The notes under the pieces were generated by a model. The model was not told the origin of the DNA and ran no database searches. It saw only the letters and a list, made by a program, of their open reading frames with translations. A DNA stretch of 64,000 nt from Leptospira sp. (GTDB lineage Bacteria > Spirochaetota > Leptospiria > Leptospirales > Leptospiraceae): assembly GCA_034439575.1 (NCBI GenBank), contig JAWXAQ010000007.1, positions 1 to 64,000 on the forward strand. The letters run 5' to 3'. A program made the translations under genes and the position numbers. Shown here piece after piece: positions 19,081 to 29,871 of this stretch; position 1 is the stretch's first letter; each line of letters begins with the position of its first letter.

Positions 19081-19959
19081 ATGTCGGATAAACCTCTAAA
19101 GTTCGCCATATTTCTATCTCTCATTTTGACCTTAGTTGCTTTTTGGGATCACCAGCTAACATCTTACTTAAAAGAATTTGTGGTACTTATTCACGAAATA
19201 TGCCATGCAAGTGCAGCTTTATTTACAGGAGGAATGGTAAAAGGAATAGCCCTTCACGGTAACGAAGGTGGCGAAACCATAGCCATCCCTGCTTCCTTTC
19301 GAGGTTCTTTTATTTTAGTAGTTTCTGCAGGTTATATTGGTTCTTCACTTGTTGGTGGTTTATTATTAAAATCTGCATTCTCTGGACATAATGCTCGTCA
19401 GACGTTAATACTTTTTGGCTTAATGTTAATATCCGTTAGCGTACTTTATTCCAAATTAGGGGAACTCGCTTATTTCACTGGAATTTTTTGGGGTGTTGGA
19501 ATTCTAGTCATAGGTATGTTAGGTGAATCTATATCGATTCTCACCTTGGTCTTTTTAGGAACAAGCATTTCATTATATTCACTATATGATCTATCTGACT
19601 TTGCAGACAAATTGCCAGAAACGGATGCAGGGATTTTAGCGTTCTGGATGTCTGGTTTGACTCCCGATGATTTGAATTCCGAAGAAATACCGGTAGCAGT
19701 TATGTTTTTAGGTTACCTAATTGCCACACTTTGGTCTCTACTCAGCATCGGTTGTATTTACTTTTTTTTGAAAGGATCTCTCAGGGATTATCATTTACCT
19801 ACACCGGACGAGGGTAATGGAGTTGAACAATTTGAACGATTTCCAGGTGACTTATCGCCAGAGGCAAAAATGTGGCTCGAGAAACGCGGTGTCGACCCAG
19901 AAAGCGGTGTTGTGATCCCTCCCGATTTGCTTTTGGGATTTCCGCCGAAAGACAATTAA
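19081..19959 (+). CDS. M50B-like membrane metallopeptidase
   Basis: HEICH, SAGYIG and TDA motifs; multiple TM segments. Confidence 0.88.
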   Translation: MSDKPLKFAIFLSLILTLVAFWDHQLTSYLKEFVVLIHEICHASAALFTGGMVKGIALHGNEGGETIAIPASFRGSFILVVSAGYIGSSLVGGLLLKSAFSGHNARQTLILFGLMLISVSVLYSKLGELAYFTGIFWGVGILVIGMLGESISILTLVFLGTSISLYSLYDLSDFADKLPETDAGILAFWMSGLTPDDLNSEEIPVAVMFLGYLIATLWSLLSIGCIYFFLKGSLRDYHLPTPDEGNGVEQFERFPGDLSPEAKMWLEKRGVDPESGVVIPPDLLLGFPPKDN

Positions 19960-20022
19960 GATGATTCGATTCAATTTTTTTAATTTGCCCAGAAGGTAGA
20001 CCTTCCAATTATAGAAACTTAA

Positions 20023-20961
20023 ATGGCAAAACGAATCCTAATCACAGGGGGAGCTGGTTTTATCGGCTCACATTTATGTGAACGTCTCTTGCATGAAGGA
20101 AATGAAGTCATTGCATTGGACAATTTTCATACGGGCAGAAAGTTCAACCTCGAACACCTTCTCTCAAATCCAAAATTCGAACTCATTCGGCATGATATTA
20201 CTGATCCCATCAAACTTGAAGTGGATCAAATTTATAATTTTGCCTGCCCAGCTTCACCTGTTCACTACCAAAGTAATCCCATAAAAACGATTAAGACAAA
20301 TGTGATAGGAATGACAAATATGCTCGGCCTTGCCAAAAGAGTGAAGGCTCGTATTCTCCAGGCATCGACGAGTGAAGTTTATGGAAATCCTTTAGAGCAC
20401 CCTCAAAAAGAAGAATATTGGGGCAATGTCAATACTATTGGCATTCGCAGTTGTTATGACGAAGGGAAACGAGTTGCTGAGACATTATGTTTTGATTACC
20501 ACAGATCAAGCAATGTGGACATCCGAGTGATTCGTATTTTTAATACCTATGGACCAAGGATGATTCCTGATGATGGACGTGTTGTTACAAATTTTATCGT
20601 CCAAGCAATTCGTGGGGAAGACATTACGATTTATGGTGATGGCTCACAAACACGTTCTTTCTGTTATGTGGACGACCTCGTGAATGGAATTATATCTATG
20701 ATGAATGTAGATAATTTTACAGGTCCAGTAAATCTTGGCAATGATGGAGAATTTACTGTAAAGGAACTTGCCGAATTAGTCATTAAGGAAGTTGGTTCTA
20801 AATCAAAAATCATCTATCTACCTCTGCCACAAGATGATCCAACAAGAAGAAGACCAGATTTGACACTCGCAAAATCAAAGTTAAATTATACACCGACTGT
20901 TCCACTAACAGAAGGTATCAAAAAAACAATAGAATATTTTAAAAAGAGTTTAAATACATGA
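20023..20961 (+). CDS. UDP-glucuronate decarboxylase (UXS-like)
   Basis: [36 protein letters not shown]. Confidence 0.93.
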   Translation: MAKRILITGGAGFIGSHLCERLLHEGNEVIALDNFHTGRKFNLEHLLSNPKFELIRHDITDPIKLEVDQIYNFACPASPVHYQSNPIKTIKTNVIGMTNMLGLAKRVKARILQASTSEVYGNPLEHPQKEEYWGNVNTIGIRSCYDEGKRVAETLCFDYHRSSNVDIRVIRIFNTYGPRMIPDDGRVVTNFIVQAIRGEDITIYGDGSQTRSFCYVDDLVNGIISMMNVDNFTGPVNLGNDGEFTVKELAELVIKEVGSKSKIIYLPLPQDDPTRRRPDLTLAKSKLNYTPTVPLTEGIKKTIEYFKKSLNT

Positions 20962-22082
20962 AAATTGGTGTTATACAAGAACCTACAAATGAAAATCGAG
21001 TATCCATTACTCCTGATGTCATAGATCCCTTACTGAAATTAGGTTATACTGTTTCAATTGAATCAGGAGCTGGCGAACGAGCTTTTTATTCAAATGCAGA
21101 TTATGAAAAAGCGGGTGCCAAAATTGAATCAAGAAATGATATATTAGAAAAATCGGATATTATTGTTTCCATTCATCAATTGGACGCAGATTCTGGAAAA
21201 AAAATTGGCAAAGGAAAATCCTATATAGGTACGCTTTCACCTTTGGCATTCCCACAAAAGATAAAAGAATTATCTGCGAATGGCGCAAAAGTTTTCTCTA
21301 TGGATATCATTCCTCGTATCACTCGCGCTCAATCTATGGACGTACTTAGCTCCCAAGCAACTGTGTCTGGTTACAAAGCAGTATTGTTAGGTGCAAGTAA
21401 TTACAGTCGATTTTTCCCTATGTTAACAACTGCAGCCGGAACAATTACACCAGCACGAGTTTTGATTTTAGGTGCAGGTGTGGCTGGATTACAAGCAATC
21501 GCTACATCAAGAAGACTTGGTGCCGTTGTAGACGTATTTGACACAAGACCTGAAGTAAAAGAACAATGTATGTCTCTTGGTGCGAAGTTTGTAGAAGTTG
21601 AAGGTGCTGCCGATGCGTCAACAAGCGGTGGCTATGCGGTAGAACAATCAGAAGACTACAAACGCAGACAAAAAGAAGCTATAGCTAAATTTGCAGAAAA
21701 AGCTGATATCATTATCACGACAGCTCTCATTCCAGGAAAAAAAGCTCCAGTTCTCATTACCAAAGAAATGGTGGAATCCATGAGACAGGGATCGGTTATC
21801 ATTGACCTAGCATCGGTTATGGGTGGAAATTGTGAATTATCACAAAATGATAAAACAATTGTTCATAATGGTATCACCATAATTGGAAATTCGAATCTAC
21901 CAAGCACTCAACCAATGGATGCAAGTAAAATGTATGCAAAAAATATTCTTAATTTTTTAAAACTTTTTATCAACAAAGAAAAACAATTTAATGTTAATTT
22001 AGAAGATGAGATAATTAACACCTGTTTAATTGCGGATGCAGGAGAAATTCGTCACAAAGGAATTTTATCCCTTCTCGGATAA
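20958..22082 (+). CDS. pntA: NAD(P) transhydrogenase alpha subunit, soluble domain I (PntAA type)
   Basis: [33 protein letters not shown]; no TM domain II. Confidence 0.93.
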   Translation: MKIGVIQEPTNENRVSITPDVIDPLLKLGYTVSIESGAGERAFYSNADYEKAGAKIESRNDILEKSDIIVSIHQLDADSGKKIGKGKSYIGTLSPLAFPQKIKELSANGAKVFSMDIIPRITRAQSMDVLSSQATVSGYKAVLLGASNYSRFFPMLTTAAGTITPARVLILGAGVAGLQAIATSRRLGAVVDVFDTRPEVKEQCMSLGAKFVEVEGAADASTSGGYAVEQSEDYKRRQKEAIAKFAEKADIIITTALIPGKKAPVLITKEMVESMRQGSVIIDLASVMGGNCELSQNDKTIVHNGITIIGNSNLPSTQPMDASKMYAKNILNFLKLFINKEKQFNVNLEDEIINTCLIADAGEIRHKGILSLLG

Positions 22083-22099
22083 TGAATTAAACTAAATGG

Positions 22100-22131
22100 A
22101 ACATAGTAACAAATTCTTTTGTTACTATGTT
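22100..22131. terminator. 14-bp perfect inverted repeat at a convergent junction
   Basis: AACATAGTAACAAA-TTCT-TTTGTTACTATGTT; includes the stop codon of the acyltransferase. Confidence 0.7.
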
Positions 22132-23027
22132 AACTCTACTTTTGGTTGGGTTCTCCATCGTCGATGCACCCAAAAATACTGCTCTGGAAATAATCTGACT
22201 TCTTCTTCTAAAGTGCGTGTCCATAATTCCGTATAATGTCGAAGCACTTCTTCTTTCGTTGGATAAAGTTTTTTATTCACAAACCCTAAATCTTTAATAC
22301 GGACGATTACCTTTCCATTTTCACCAGATAACACAGAATAATATAACATTTTAGCGCCCGTTAAATAGGCCATAAGAGCAGGGCCTACAAATGTTGATGC
22401 CTGACGATTTAAAAATGGAACAAAGATGCCCGCTTGGCCAGCGTTTTGATCAGAACCAAAACCTACCCAATAACCTTGTTTTAACATTTTTACAACTTGC
22501 GAAGATTCTTCTACAGGAACAAGAAGGATACCGTTGTTTGCTCTCATATCATGTAACAAACGATCGACGAAAGGATTTCTGACTTTTTTGTAAATCCCTC
22601 CACCTTTCATCCGTATTCCTAAAAATTGGACCAAAATTTCCCATGTGCCAAGATGACCTGATATTAAAACAACGCCTACACCTTGTTTTTTAGTTTCTTC
22701 TTCAATGGCTAAACTTTTTGCATCCAATACCAAATACTCATCCAACCATTTCTGTGTCATACGAGGTGCCCAAAGAGTATGCGCTAACAAATGACCCAAA
22801 TGATCAAAATGTTTTTTTACCAAGTCGGAAATCTCTGATTCTGTTTTTTCTGGAAATGCAAACTTAAGATTTTGGGCGGCTATTTTCCTATGTTTTTTAG
22901 CTAATGGAAAAATCAAACGAGTTAAAAATACCCCATAAGACAAACACATCTTATACGGTAATAATTTAAAAGGAATATAAAAAATATAAACTATACAAAA
23001 AGTTAAAAACTGACCTATGAGCTTCAT
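22125..23027 (-). CDS. Lipid A late acyltransferase (LpxL/HtrB family)
   Basis: H.GTWE, DQ, PEQYFW.HRRW. Confidence 0.9.
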   Translation of the reverse strand: MKLIGQFLTFCIVYIFYIPFKLLPYKMCLSYGVFLTRLIFPLAKKHRKIAAQNLKFAFPEKTESEISDLVKKHFDHLGHLLAHTLWAPRMTQKWLDEYLVLDAKSLAIEEETKKQGVGVVLISGHLGTWEILVQFLGIRMKGGGIYKKVRNPFVDRLLHDMRANNGILLVPVEESSQVVKMLKQGYWVGFGSDQNAGQAGIFVPFLNRQASTFVGPALMAYLTGAKMLYYSVLSGENGKVIVRIKDLGFVNKKLYPTKEEVLRHYTELWTRTLEEEVRLFPEQYFWVHRRWRTQPKVELT

Positions 23028-23037
23028 ATAACCTACC

Positions 23038-23571
23038 TTATGCTTGGATTAGATAAAATTGAATCAATTTCAGAGTAGCTATAGCAAGGATACCCATCCC
23101 AAAACCAATGATCCAACCTCCAATGATATCACTAATATAATGATGGAGAGTGAGTAAACGACCTACTCCCGCAAATAAACTAAAAAGTAAAAACCAATAC
23201 GTCTCACCAAATCCAAAAACCAGAATTGTTCCGACAACCATGGAATTGGCACTATGAGCGGACGGAAAAGAATGTTTCATATCTGGATTTGAATCCGTTT
23301 TCCCCATAACACTAATTAGTGGACGCTTGCGAGCCACTGCCTTTTTTAAGAATAATACAAATCTATCCGTAAAAAACGTAAATATCATAATAATAGGAAG
23401 CGAAACATATAAGGGTTTATACAAATCACTCAAAAAAAGCAAAGGAAGTAATACTAATGCAAATACTTCCCCGCGATTGATTCGCGATAACATCCATGAC
23501 ATACGTGGATGATGTAATGTTAACTTAATCCAAGTTGAAATTTTTTGGTCGAATTCTGAAATCAATTTCAT
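23038..23571 (-). CDS. PAP2 family phosphatase
   Basis: K....R.RP, SFPSAH, R....HH..D. Confidence 0.9.
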   Translation of the reverse strand: MKLISEFDQKISTWIKLTLHHPRMSWMLSRINRGEVFALVLLPLLFLSDLYKPLYVSLPIIMIFTFFTDRFVLFLKKAVARKRPLISVMGKTDSNPDMKHSFPSAHSANSMVVGTILVFGFGETYWFLLFSLFAGVGRLLTLHHYISDIIGGWIIGFGMGILAIATLKLIQFYLIQA

Positions 23572-24881
23572 TTGTTGATTTCTTGTGAGATTTTTGTAAT
23601 CGCATTTTCAAATGAAATTTCTTCTTGTGAACGATTCACCATATCTTTGAGTGTCACAATATTTTTACTTATTTCTTCTTCACCTAACAATAAGATCCAA
23701 CGATAGCCCTTTTTTTCTGCATAGGCCAATTGTTTTCCGACCTTTTGATTTGTTAATGCTAAATCTACAGATAATCCCGCCTTTCTAATTTTTGTGGCCA
23801 TAGTTTGCCCAATGAGAAAATTTTTCTCATCCAAGAAAGGAATAAAAATAGTATTCTCATTTGACATATTGGGGAGAAGGTCATGTGTTTGCAAAAAATT
23901 TAATAAAGTAACATCACCTAATCCAAAGCCAGTGCCAGACAATTCTTCATTGGAAAATAAACCGATGAGATTATCATATCTTCCGCCACCATATAAGGAT
24001 CGTTTGTTTTTCGGACTCGTATCAAAAATTTCAAATATAAATCCAGTATAATAATCAAATCCACGTACAACCGATGGATCAAAGTCAACTATATCAGCTA
24101 AACCCACATTTTCCAAATCCTTAAAGAGGTTAGATATAACTTGAATTGTTTCCGGTTTCACTCCACCTATTTTAGATAAGTCGGAAATTTTTGCCGCCAA
24201 AAACTCATTGATTAGGTTTACTGCATTTGGATTTTCAGGTATCGCTTTTTTGACAGATGCAGAATATTCTTCTTCAGTGATTTTGTTTTTTTTATCTAGG
24301 ATCTTTGAAACTTCATGAGCTTGTTCTGGTTTTAGTTTCAATCCATCATTAAAAAATTCATCTAACAAGGCTCGATGAGATACTTTAACTCGGAAAGAAT
24401 CACGAGGTGCGCCAAAAGCAAATAAAATGTCACAAGCAAGAGATAATATTTCTAATTCCGCATAATGATGGTTAACACCAAACAAATCAACATTTAACTG
24501 CCAATGTTCGCGTAACCGACCATGTCCTGGTTGTTCATATCTCCATAAATTTGGAATCGAGAACCAACGAATCGGTCTTGGAAGTTCACGTAATTTACTC
24601 GCGACCATCCTCGCCACAGTGGGAGTCATTTCAGGTCGTATAGCAACCTCTCTCCCGCCTTTATCAACAAAATCATATATTTGTTTACCGACGATTTCTT
24701 CGCCAGTTTTAGCCCTATACAAATCCAATGATTCGATCATTGGACCGTCATATTCTTCATACCCATAAGACCGAACTACTTGTTTCATTACTGAAAACAA
24801 ATAGTTTCTGATTTTCATATCTTCAGGAAAAAAGTCGCGAGTACCTTTATAATTTTCCGTTGCAAGTTTTTTTTCTTTCAA
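23568..24881 (-). CDS. hisS: Histidine--tRNA ligase
   Basis: GTRDF, RPEMT, RYE.P..GR.REH.Q, RG.DYYTG, GGGRYD; TTG start. Confidence 0.97.
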   Translation of the reverse strand: MKEKKLATENYKGTRDFFPEDMKIRNYLFSVMKQVVRSYGYEEYDGPMIESLDLYRAKTGEEIVGKQIYDFVDKGGREVAIRPEMTPTVARMVASKLRELPRPIRWFSIPNLWRYEQPGHGRLREHWQLNVDLFGVNHHYAELEILSLACDILFAFGAPRDSFRVKVSHRALLDEFFNDGLKLKPEQAHEVSKILDKKNKITEEEYSASVKKAIPENPNAVNLINEFLAAKISDLSKIGGVKPETIQVISNLFKDLENVGLADIVDFDPSVVRGFDYYTGFIFEIFDTSPKNKRSLYGGGRYDNLIGLFSNEELSGTGFGLGDVTLLNFLQTHDLLPNMSNENTIFIPFLDEKNFLIGQTMATKIRKAGLSVDLALTNQKVGKQLAYAEKKGYRWILLLGEEEISKNIVTLKDMVNRSQEEISFENAITKISQEINK

Positions 24882-24910
24882 TGTAGGCCTCTAATGCCCG
24901 TTAACTTTCT

Positions 24911-26035
24911 TTAGCTAAAGAAAGTAATAAGACTATAATAAATGTCTTTTGCCTTTTTGTCTCCACTGAGTCCTACGATTTGGCTACCGATTACAAAATA
25001 ATCTTTTACCTCTTCCATATGCTTCATTTCCACTGCCATTCGGAGAGGAGCTTGCATTTTAAAATTTATATCTAGGGTCATGCTGGGTTTGACTTTAAGA
25101 GCTTTAATGATCTCACGATCTCTAACTTCAATCGATACTCCACCCCTGGAAACATTAAATACATTCTGTTTAATGTCTAGAATATGGGTATTTGAGTCCA
25201 TGATTCTTGCCTGGAAGGTGGATTCAACTTCTTTATACTTTAGAAAAACTTCGGGGGGTACTGATGACTTTTCCACTTCCAGACTTAAGTAGGCAAAAAA
25301 ATGCAATTCATGCATATGAATAAAGATGGGATATAATAAATACGAATCGATCTTTCTCCGCTTATATTCTGCGATTTTATCTTCTAATATAAAATCTTCT
25401 TCAAATGAAACTTTAGGGTCAAAAAATTCAGGCGACTTCAAAGTTTCCATTACATGTGTATTTAATACATAAATTGGTTTTTTGTATTCCCGAAGCAATT
25501 CGACCTCATCGCTTTGTTCTCCATTCGAAACAAAAATCACTCTCGACTTTGGATATTCTTGTAACAAAGTTTTGTGAATATCTGTTAATATAACTTGCGA
25601 ACTAACTCCAGTTAATTTAGAAAAATCTATATTTGTTTTTGCAATTAAAAAATTTGAAGCGAGAACATTGCCATAAATTTTATGATTCCGCGACTCTGAT
25701 CGTACAATCGAAGTTTGCTTTTTATCTTTAACCTTCCCTAGAAGTAGATTATCTTTTTGGCTTATCAACTCATATTCGATTTCAATATGGTAAGATGGAG
25801 TCGCATGTACAATAAAAGAATTTCCAGGAATTTCTATAACCACTTCCGTTTCAAAGATATGGGAATTGTCAGGTCGACTACCTTTAAATTTTAATTTTAT
25901 TTCAGTATCAAATCCTTTTAAATAAATTCCATTTCCACCCATTTGATTTTTAAAAAATTCTGGGAGATTCAGAGAATTTTCTAAAGGCATAAATTCTCTT
26001 TCTATTTGGAAATGGTTTTTGACTGGTTGGATCAT
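24911..26035 (-). CDS. DUF1577-like YcgR/PilZ-related protein
   Basis: RSESR, SYLLYPIF GAF-like strand, C-terminal NVSRGG and PilZ-like strands. Confidence 0.7.
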   Translation of the reverse strand: MIQPVKNHFQIEREFMPLENSLNLPEFFKNQMGGNGIYLKGFDTEIKLKFKGSRPDNSHIFETEVVIEIPGNSFIVHATPSYHIEIEYELISQKDNLLLGKVKDKKQTSIVRSESRNHKIYGNVLASNFLIAKTNIDFSKLTGVSSQVILTDIHKTLLQEYPKSRVIFVSNGEQSDEVELLREYKKPIYVLNTHVMETLKSPEFFDPKVSFEEDFILEDKIAEYKRRKIDSYLLYPIFIHMHELHFFAYLSLEVEKSSVPPEVFLKYKEVESTFQARIMDSNTHILDIKQNVFNVSRGGVSIEVRDREIIKALKVKPSMTLDINFKMQAPLRMAVEMKHMEEVKDYFVIGSQIVGLSGDKKAKDIYYSLITFFS

Positions 26036-26036
26036 C

Positions 26037-28055
26037 TCACTCTATCTTCTTAAAATTCACTCTGCGATTTTTTGCTCTACCTTCTTCTGTCTCATTATCT
26101 GCAAGCGGTTGCGAATAATAATAAGCCTGAATTTTCAATTTTTCTTTGGCTACCCCTTTTTCCCGAAGGTATTGGTAAACAGCAAGGGCTCTGTCTTCAC
26201 TTAGAGCTACATTATATTCTTTATTTCCAATGTTATCCGTATGACCGCCTATCTCCAATATCTCATTTTTATTTCTAATAAGATAGTCTGCGAATTTATC
26301 TAATAGTTTTCGATCTTCGTCACTCAAAGTCCTTTGGTTGAAAGGGAAATAAATTACAGTATTGTATAAATCATCGTAATCGCTCGTATTTCGAAGATAC
26401 AATACAGTCTCTTTACCTTCCAATTCTTCCACTTTTGTGATTGGATAAATAAAAGTATCCGGTTTATAGCCTTTTGCTTTTGCTAAGATTTCAAATCCGA
26501 TGATGGGCACTGTTTCTAATTGAAAATGATTGTCTTTGGAAACAATTAATTTCCCTTTTCTTGTCATATCATCAAAGTAAATACATTCCGCATTTGGAAT
26601 GATAACGTCTGTTTTTTTGTCTTTAACTACAAATCTGATTCCCTTTATCGTTTTATCAGGACGATCATCTTTGGCTGGTTTAATCGGTAACAATACGACT
26701 CTTGAATATTGTTCTTTGTTTTGACCAATATTTCCTCTTAGATCGAGTAACAATTCAGTAGGTTGAAAACCTGGTGAACTCACTTCAACACGATATAATT
26801 TTCCTGTTTTGATCGAGGTTTTAAAATTTTCGAAGTCTTCACCTGTTAAATCGCCACCGATACGTTTTGATGTGATGATCTGAATGGGTTTAGATTCATC
26901 ATAGATTTTTAAAGTCGCATCAATACCGATCATGATTGCCTCGGATCCGTCTAACACCAAACCGCGGAATATAAAATCATAACTTCTTCTTAAATCTTCA
27001 GGAACTTGCGTACGAATTATATCAAATTGACCTTGTCCGCCAGGACGATTGGAAGCAAAATAAAACCACAAATCATCAAAAGTGACAGATATTCCTTCAT
27101 TATCACTTTCTTCCCATAGACTATAAGTTGAATAATCGGAAGGTGTATCAAAGGGAAATCCAGTCGAATCACCACTTAACTCACGTTTTGTATTGAATGG
27201 CTCTCCAAGCAAAACTGGTTTTAAAAATTTATTATTAACAAGATCATACTCTGAAAAATGAAAGCTAAATTTTTTATGATTATCATTTCTATTTGAACTA
27301 AAATAAATACGATTTCCATCCCAATGAAAAGAAGGACTTATCTCATCATCTGGTGAGTTCAAAAGATTGCCCAGAGAAATTGGCTTTTGCCAAATTCCAT
27401 CCCGACAAACAAGACTCGTTTTATCCAATTCCTTAATTGCAGTATTTGGCTTGGTAATCGGGTTACGTTTTGAAATCCAAAGATCATATCCACCAAATCC
27501 ACCTGGACGATTTGATGAAAACACCATTGTACAACCATCAGGTGAGATGGCTGGCATCTTATCTTCGAAATTTGAATTGATTTCGTTTAAATGTTCAGGA
27601 ATTGACCAAAGGCCAGTTCGGTGGTTAATTTTAGTATAATAAATATTTAAGCCATCATAGCCACTTCTATTTTTTTTAGTATCTCTTGGATCGTCATATC
27701 TTGATGAAGTGAAATATAATTCATAAGGTTTTTCGGATTCATCAAACAGAACCGAAAACATCCCTTCAAAATTGGGAGTATTTAATTCGCGAAAATTTTT
27801 AGGTGCTTCCCACTCAGGTGTCTTCATTCTATCAGGAAAACTTTTATTTTCACTGACCCATATATCCATTCCCCCTTCACCACCAGGACGATTGGATTGA
27901 AAGACAAGGTAACGACCAGTAGGTGAAATGATAGGATTATACTCTACATTTTGTGTATTGAGTGGACCGTAAAAATTTACGTCCTTAATTTTTGGAAGAG
28001 GTTGCGAATTCAAATTGATCGCAAAAACCAGCATTAAAAAGAGAAGTTTTTTCAT
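26037..28055 (-). CDS. OmpA family protein with PD40 (TolB-like) repeats
   Basis: Signal peptide MKKLLFL from ATG 28055; repeated F.SNRPGG.G..D; GHTD..G...YN..LS..RA...NRRV. Confidence 0.92.
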   Translation of the reverse strand: MKKLLFLMLVFAINLNSQPLPKIKDVNFYGPLNTQNVEYNPIISPTGRYLVFQSNRPGGEGGMDIWVSENKSFPDRMKTPEWEAPKNFRELNTPNFEGMFSVLFDESEKPYELYFTSSRYDDPRDTKKNRSGYDGLNIYYTKINHRTGLWSIPEHLNEINSNFEDKMPAISPDGCTMVFSSNRPGGFGGYDLWISKRNPITKPNTAIKELDKTSLVCRDGIWQKPISLGNLLNSPDDEISPSFHWDGNRIYFSSNRNDNHKKFSFHFSEYDLVNNKFLKPVLLGEPFNTKRELSGDSTGFPFDTPSDYSTYSLWEESDNEGISVTFDDLWFYFASNRPGGQGQFDIIRTQVPEDLRRSYDFIFRGLVLDGSEAIMIGIDATLKIYDESKPIQIITSKRIGGDLTGEDFENFKTSIKTGKLYRVEVSSPGFQPTELLLDLRGNIGQNKEQYSRVVLLPIKPAKDDRPDKTIKGIRFVVKDKKTDVIIPNAECIYFDDMTRKGKLIVSKDNHFQLETVPIIGFEILAKAKGYKPDTFIYPITKVEELEGKETVLYLRNTSDYDDLYNTVIYFPFNQRTLSDEDRKLLDKFADYLIRNKNEILEIGGHTDNIGNKEYNVALSEDRALAVYQYLREKGVAKEKLKIQAYYYSQPLADNETEEGRAKNRRVNFKKIE

Positions 28056-28149
28056 CTGTCTTTCCCTACTTCCTATCGGCTTCATCGAAAAATATGCCAA
28101 GGTAAAAAAGAAGGATTTGTCAAACATCAGATTGAAACCGATGCTTGGT

Positions 28150-28971
28150 ATGATGCCAGAATGTTTTGGGATTCTTAATATTACGAGTGATTCCTTTTCC
28201 GATGGAGGCTCCTTTCTTTTGGCGGAAAATGCCAAATCCCAAGCAAATGCCCTTTTGTCAGAAGGTGCAGACTGGATAGAAGTTTCTGGGCAATCTTCCA
28301 ATGTCAAAGCCGAACTTGTTTCGGAAGAAGAAGAATGGAGCCGAATCTCCGAGATTTTACCCTTTTTGCAGAACGCTCATGCGAAAATTAGCATAGACTC
28401 TTTCCGTCCTCTTGTCCAAGCAAAGGCATTGGATTTTGGCGTTCAATGTTTGAACGATATTTCAGGTTTTACACATCCAGATGCAAAATCTTTGCTCAAG
28501 GAACGGTTGTTAGCAAACAAAAATGTAAATTTGATTGTGATGCATTCACATACCTCAGGTATTGCTAAGGAAAAATCATCCCTTGATCCTTCGAATGTCG
28601 TTCCTACAATTCTAAAATTTTTTGAAGATAGAAAACGTGAACTTTTATCTTGGGAAATTTCAGAGGATCGAATTTACTTTGATCCCGGAATGGGTTTTTT
28701 TTTAGGAGAAGATCCAGAACTTTCCTTTGCCGTTTTAAGAGATCTCAAAATCATTTTAGCTAAGTTCCCCAAACTTATGGTAAGTGTTTCAAGAAAATCT
28801 TTTCTTGGAAATGCTCTTGGGGGCTTAAAAGTAACCGATCGCGAATTTGCGAGTTTGGCGGTAGAGATTTATTTACTGCAGTTAGGTGTTCCGTGGATAC
28901 GAACTCACAATGTTAAAAAAATCAAACAAGCGGAGATGCTTTTCAAAAAACTCAATTTACTGCCGACCTGA
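28150..28971 (+). CDS. folP: Dihydropteroate synthase (Sul-like)
   Basis: GILNITSDSFSDGG, SIDSF, NDISG, DPGMGFFLG, SRKSF, RTH; start 28141-28153. Confidence 0.95.
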   Translation: MMPECFGILNITSDSFSDGGSFLLAENAKSQANALLSEGADWIEVSGQSSNVKAELVSEEEEWSRISEILPFLQNAHAKISIDSFRPLVQAKALDFGVQCLNDISGFTHPDAKSLLKERLLANKNVNLIVMHSHTSGIAKEKSSLDPSNVVPTILKFFEDRKRELLSWEISEDRIYFDPGMGFFLGEDPELSFAVLRDLKIILAKFPKLMVSVSRKSFLGNALGGLKVTDREFASLAVEIYLLQLGVPWIRTHNVKKIKQAEMLFKKLNLLPT

Positions 28972-29871
28972 TCGGATTGCTTTGCGAAGTTCTTTGCTTG
29001 TTGGGTCTAAAGTCGGGAAAAAAATGGATTCAGGAATCGTATAACCTTGTTCTTTTACTTTTTGGTAATATGGCAAAAGCGGTGACCAATCGGGCTTATC
29101 TTTGCCAAGTAGCAAACAATCCCGCCAAACTTCCAAAAAGGAAATTTGTGTTTTTTCCTTAGCACTGGCAGATTCTACCCACTTCAGAGCTTCCGCATAA
29201 CGACCAAGTTCAAAATTTGCTTTGATATAAAAATAATGAAATTCTCTATTTTTTTTAGCAGCAACAGATAAGGATTTTGCATAATCCAAAACTGAAAACC
29301 ATTTTCCATTCAGTGTTTGGATTTCTATCATACCATACAATGCTTCTTCGTAAAAAGGGTTTACTTCCAAAATCTGATTCCAATAACCTGCCGCAAAACT
29401 TAAGTTACCCTTTGAAGTATAATATTTGGCCAATTCTTCATAAGAAAAAAGTTCCCAACCTTTCGTCCGAGAAAGGGCATCAAGCGTGATGACCCTTTCT
29501 TCATCTCTATATTTTTTTTCTAATTCGGTCAATATAGCTTTGTACAATGTTGAACTAACGCTAGGTGATTCAGTCTCGATTTTCTTTTTAACTTTTTCGA
29601 ATTCTTCCAGCAGATAGTATAAACGAAGACGATTCAAATGTGTGATCACTACATTGGGGTGTGATTTGATGCACTCATCTAAGATTTTTTCAGCATTATC
29701 AATTTGTCCGATTTTAGCTGATCGAATGCCTGATTGATTGCAGGAAAAAGCTGGGTTTCCCTCTTCAGGTAATAGGAAACCTTGGTCTTCTTCGATTTGC
29801 TCCTGATTTTTTACTGGGTAGGTACATGAAAGCAAAAGGAATATGAGAAAATAGGAAAACGTCTGTTTCAA
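28957..29871 (-). CDS. TPR-containing lipoprotein
   Basis: Lipobox LLLSC; TPR-like helices. Confidence 0.75.
   Translation of the reverse strand: MKQTFSYFLIFLLLSCTYPVKNQEQIEEDQGFLLPEEGNPAFSCNQSGIRSAKIGQIDNAEKILDECIKSHPNVVITHLNRLRLYYLLEEFEKVKKKIETESPSVSSTLYKAILTELEKKYRDEERVITLDALSRTKGWELFSYEELAKYYTSKGNLSFAAGYWNQILEVNPFYEEALYGMIEIQTLNGKWFSVLDYAKSLSVAAKKNREFHYFYIKANFELGRYAEALKWVESASAKEKTQISFLEVWRDCLLLGKDKPDWSPLLPYYQKVKEQGYTIPESIFFPTLDPTSKELRKAIRSGRQ

Noticed and set aside
28073..28100. GCCGATAG sigma-28-like -10 element upstream of the OmpA gene
   Set aside because: No TAAA/TAAG -35 element at 15-nt spacing; too weak to call
28056..28307. N-terminal extensions of the OmpA ORF (to 28307) and folP ORF (from 28015)
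   Set aside because: Mutually overlapping extensions; the signal peptide at 28055 and the FolP motif start near 28150 give better starts
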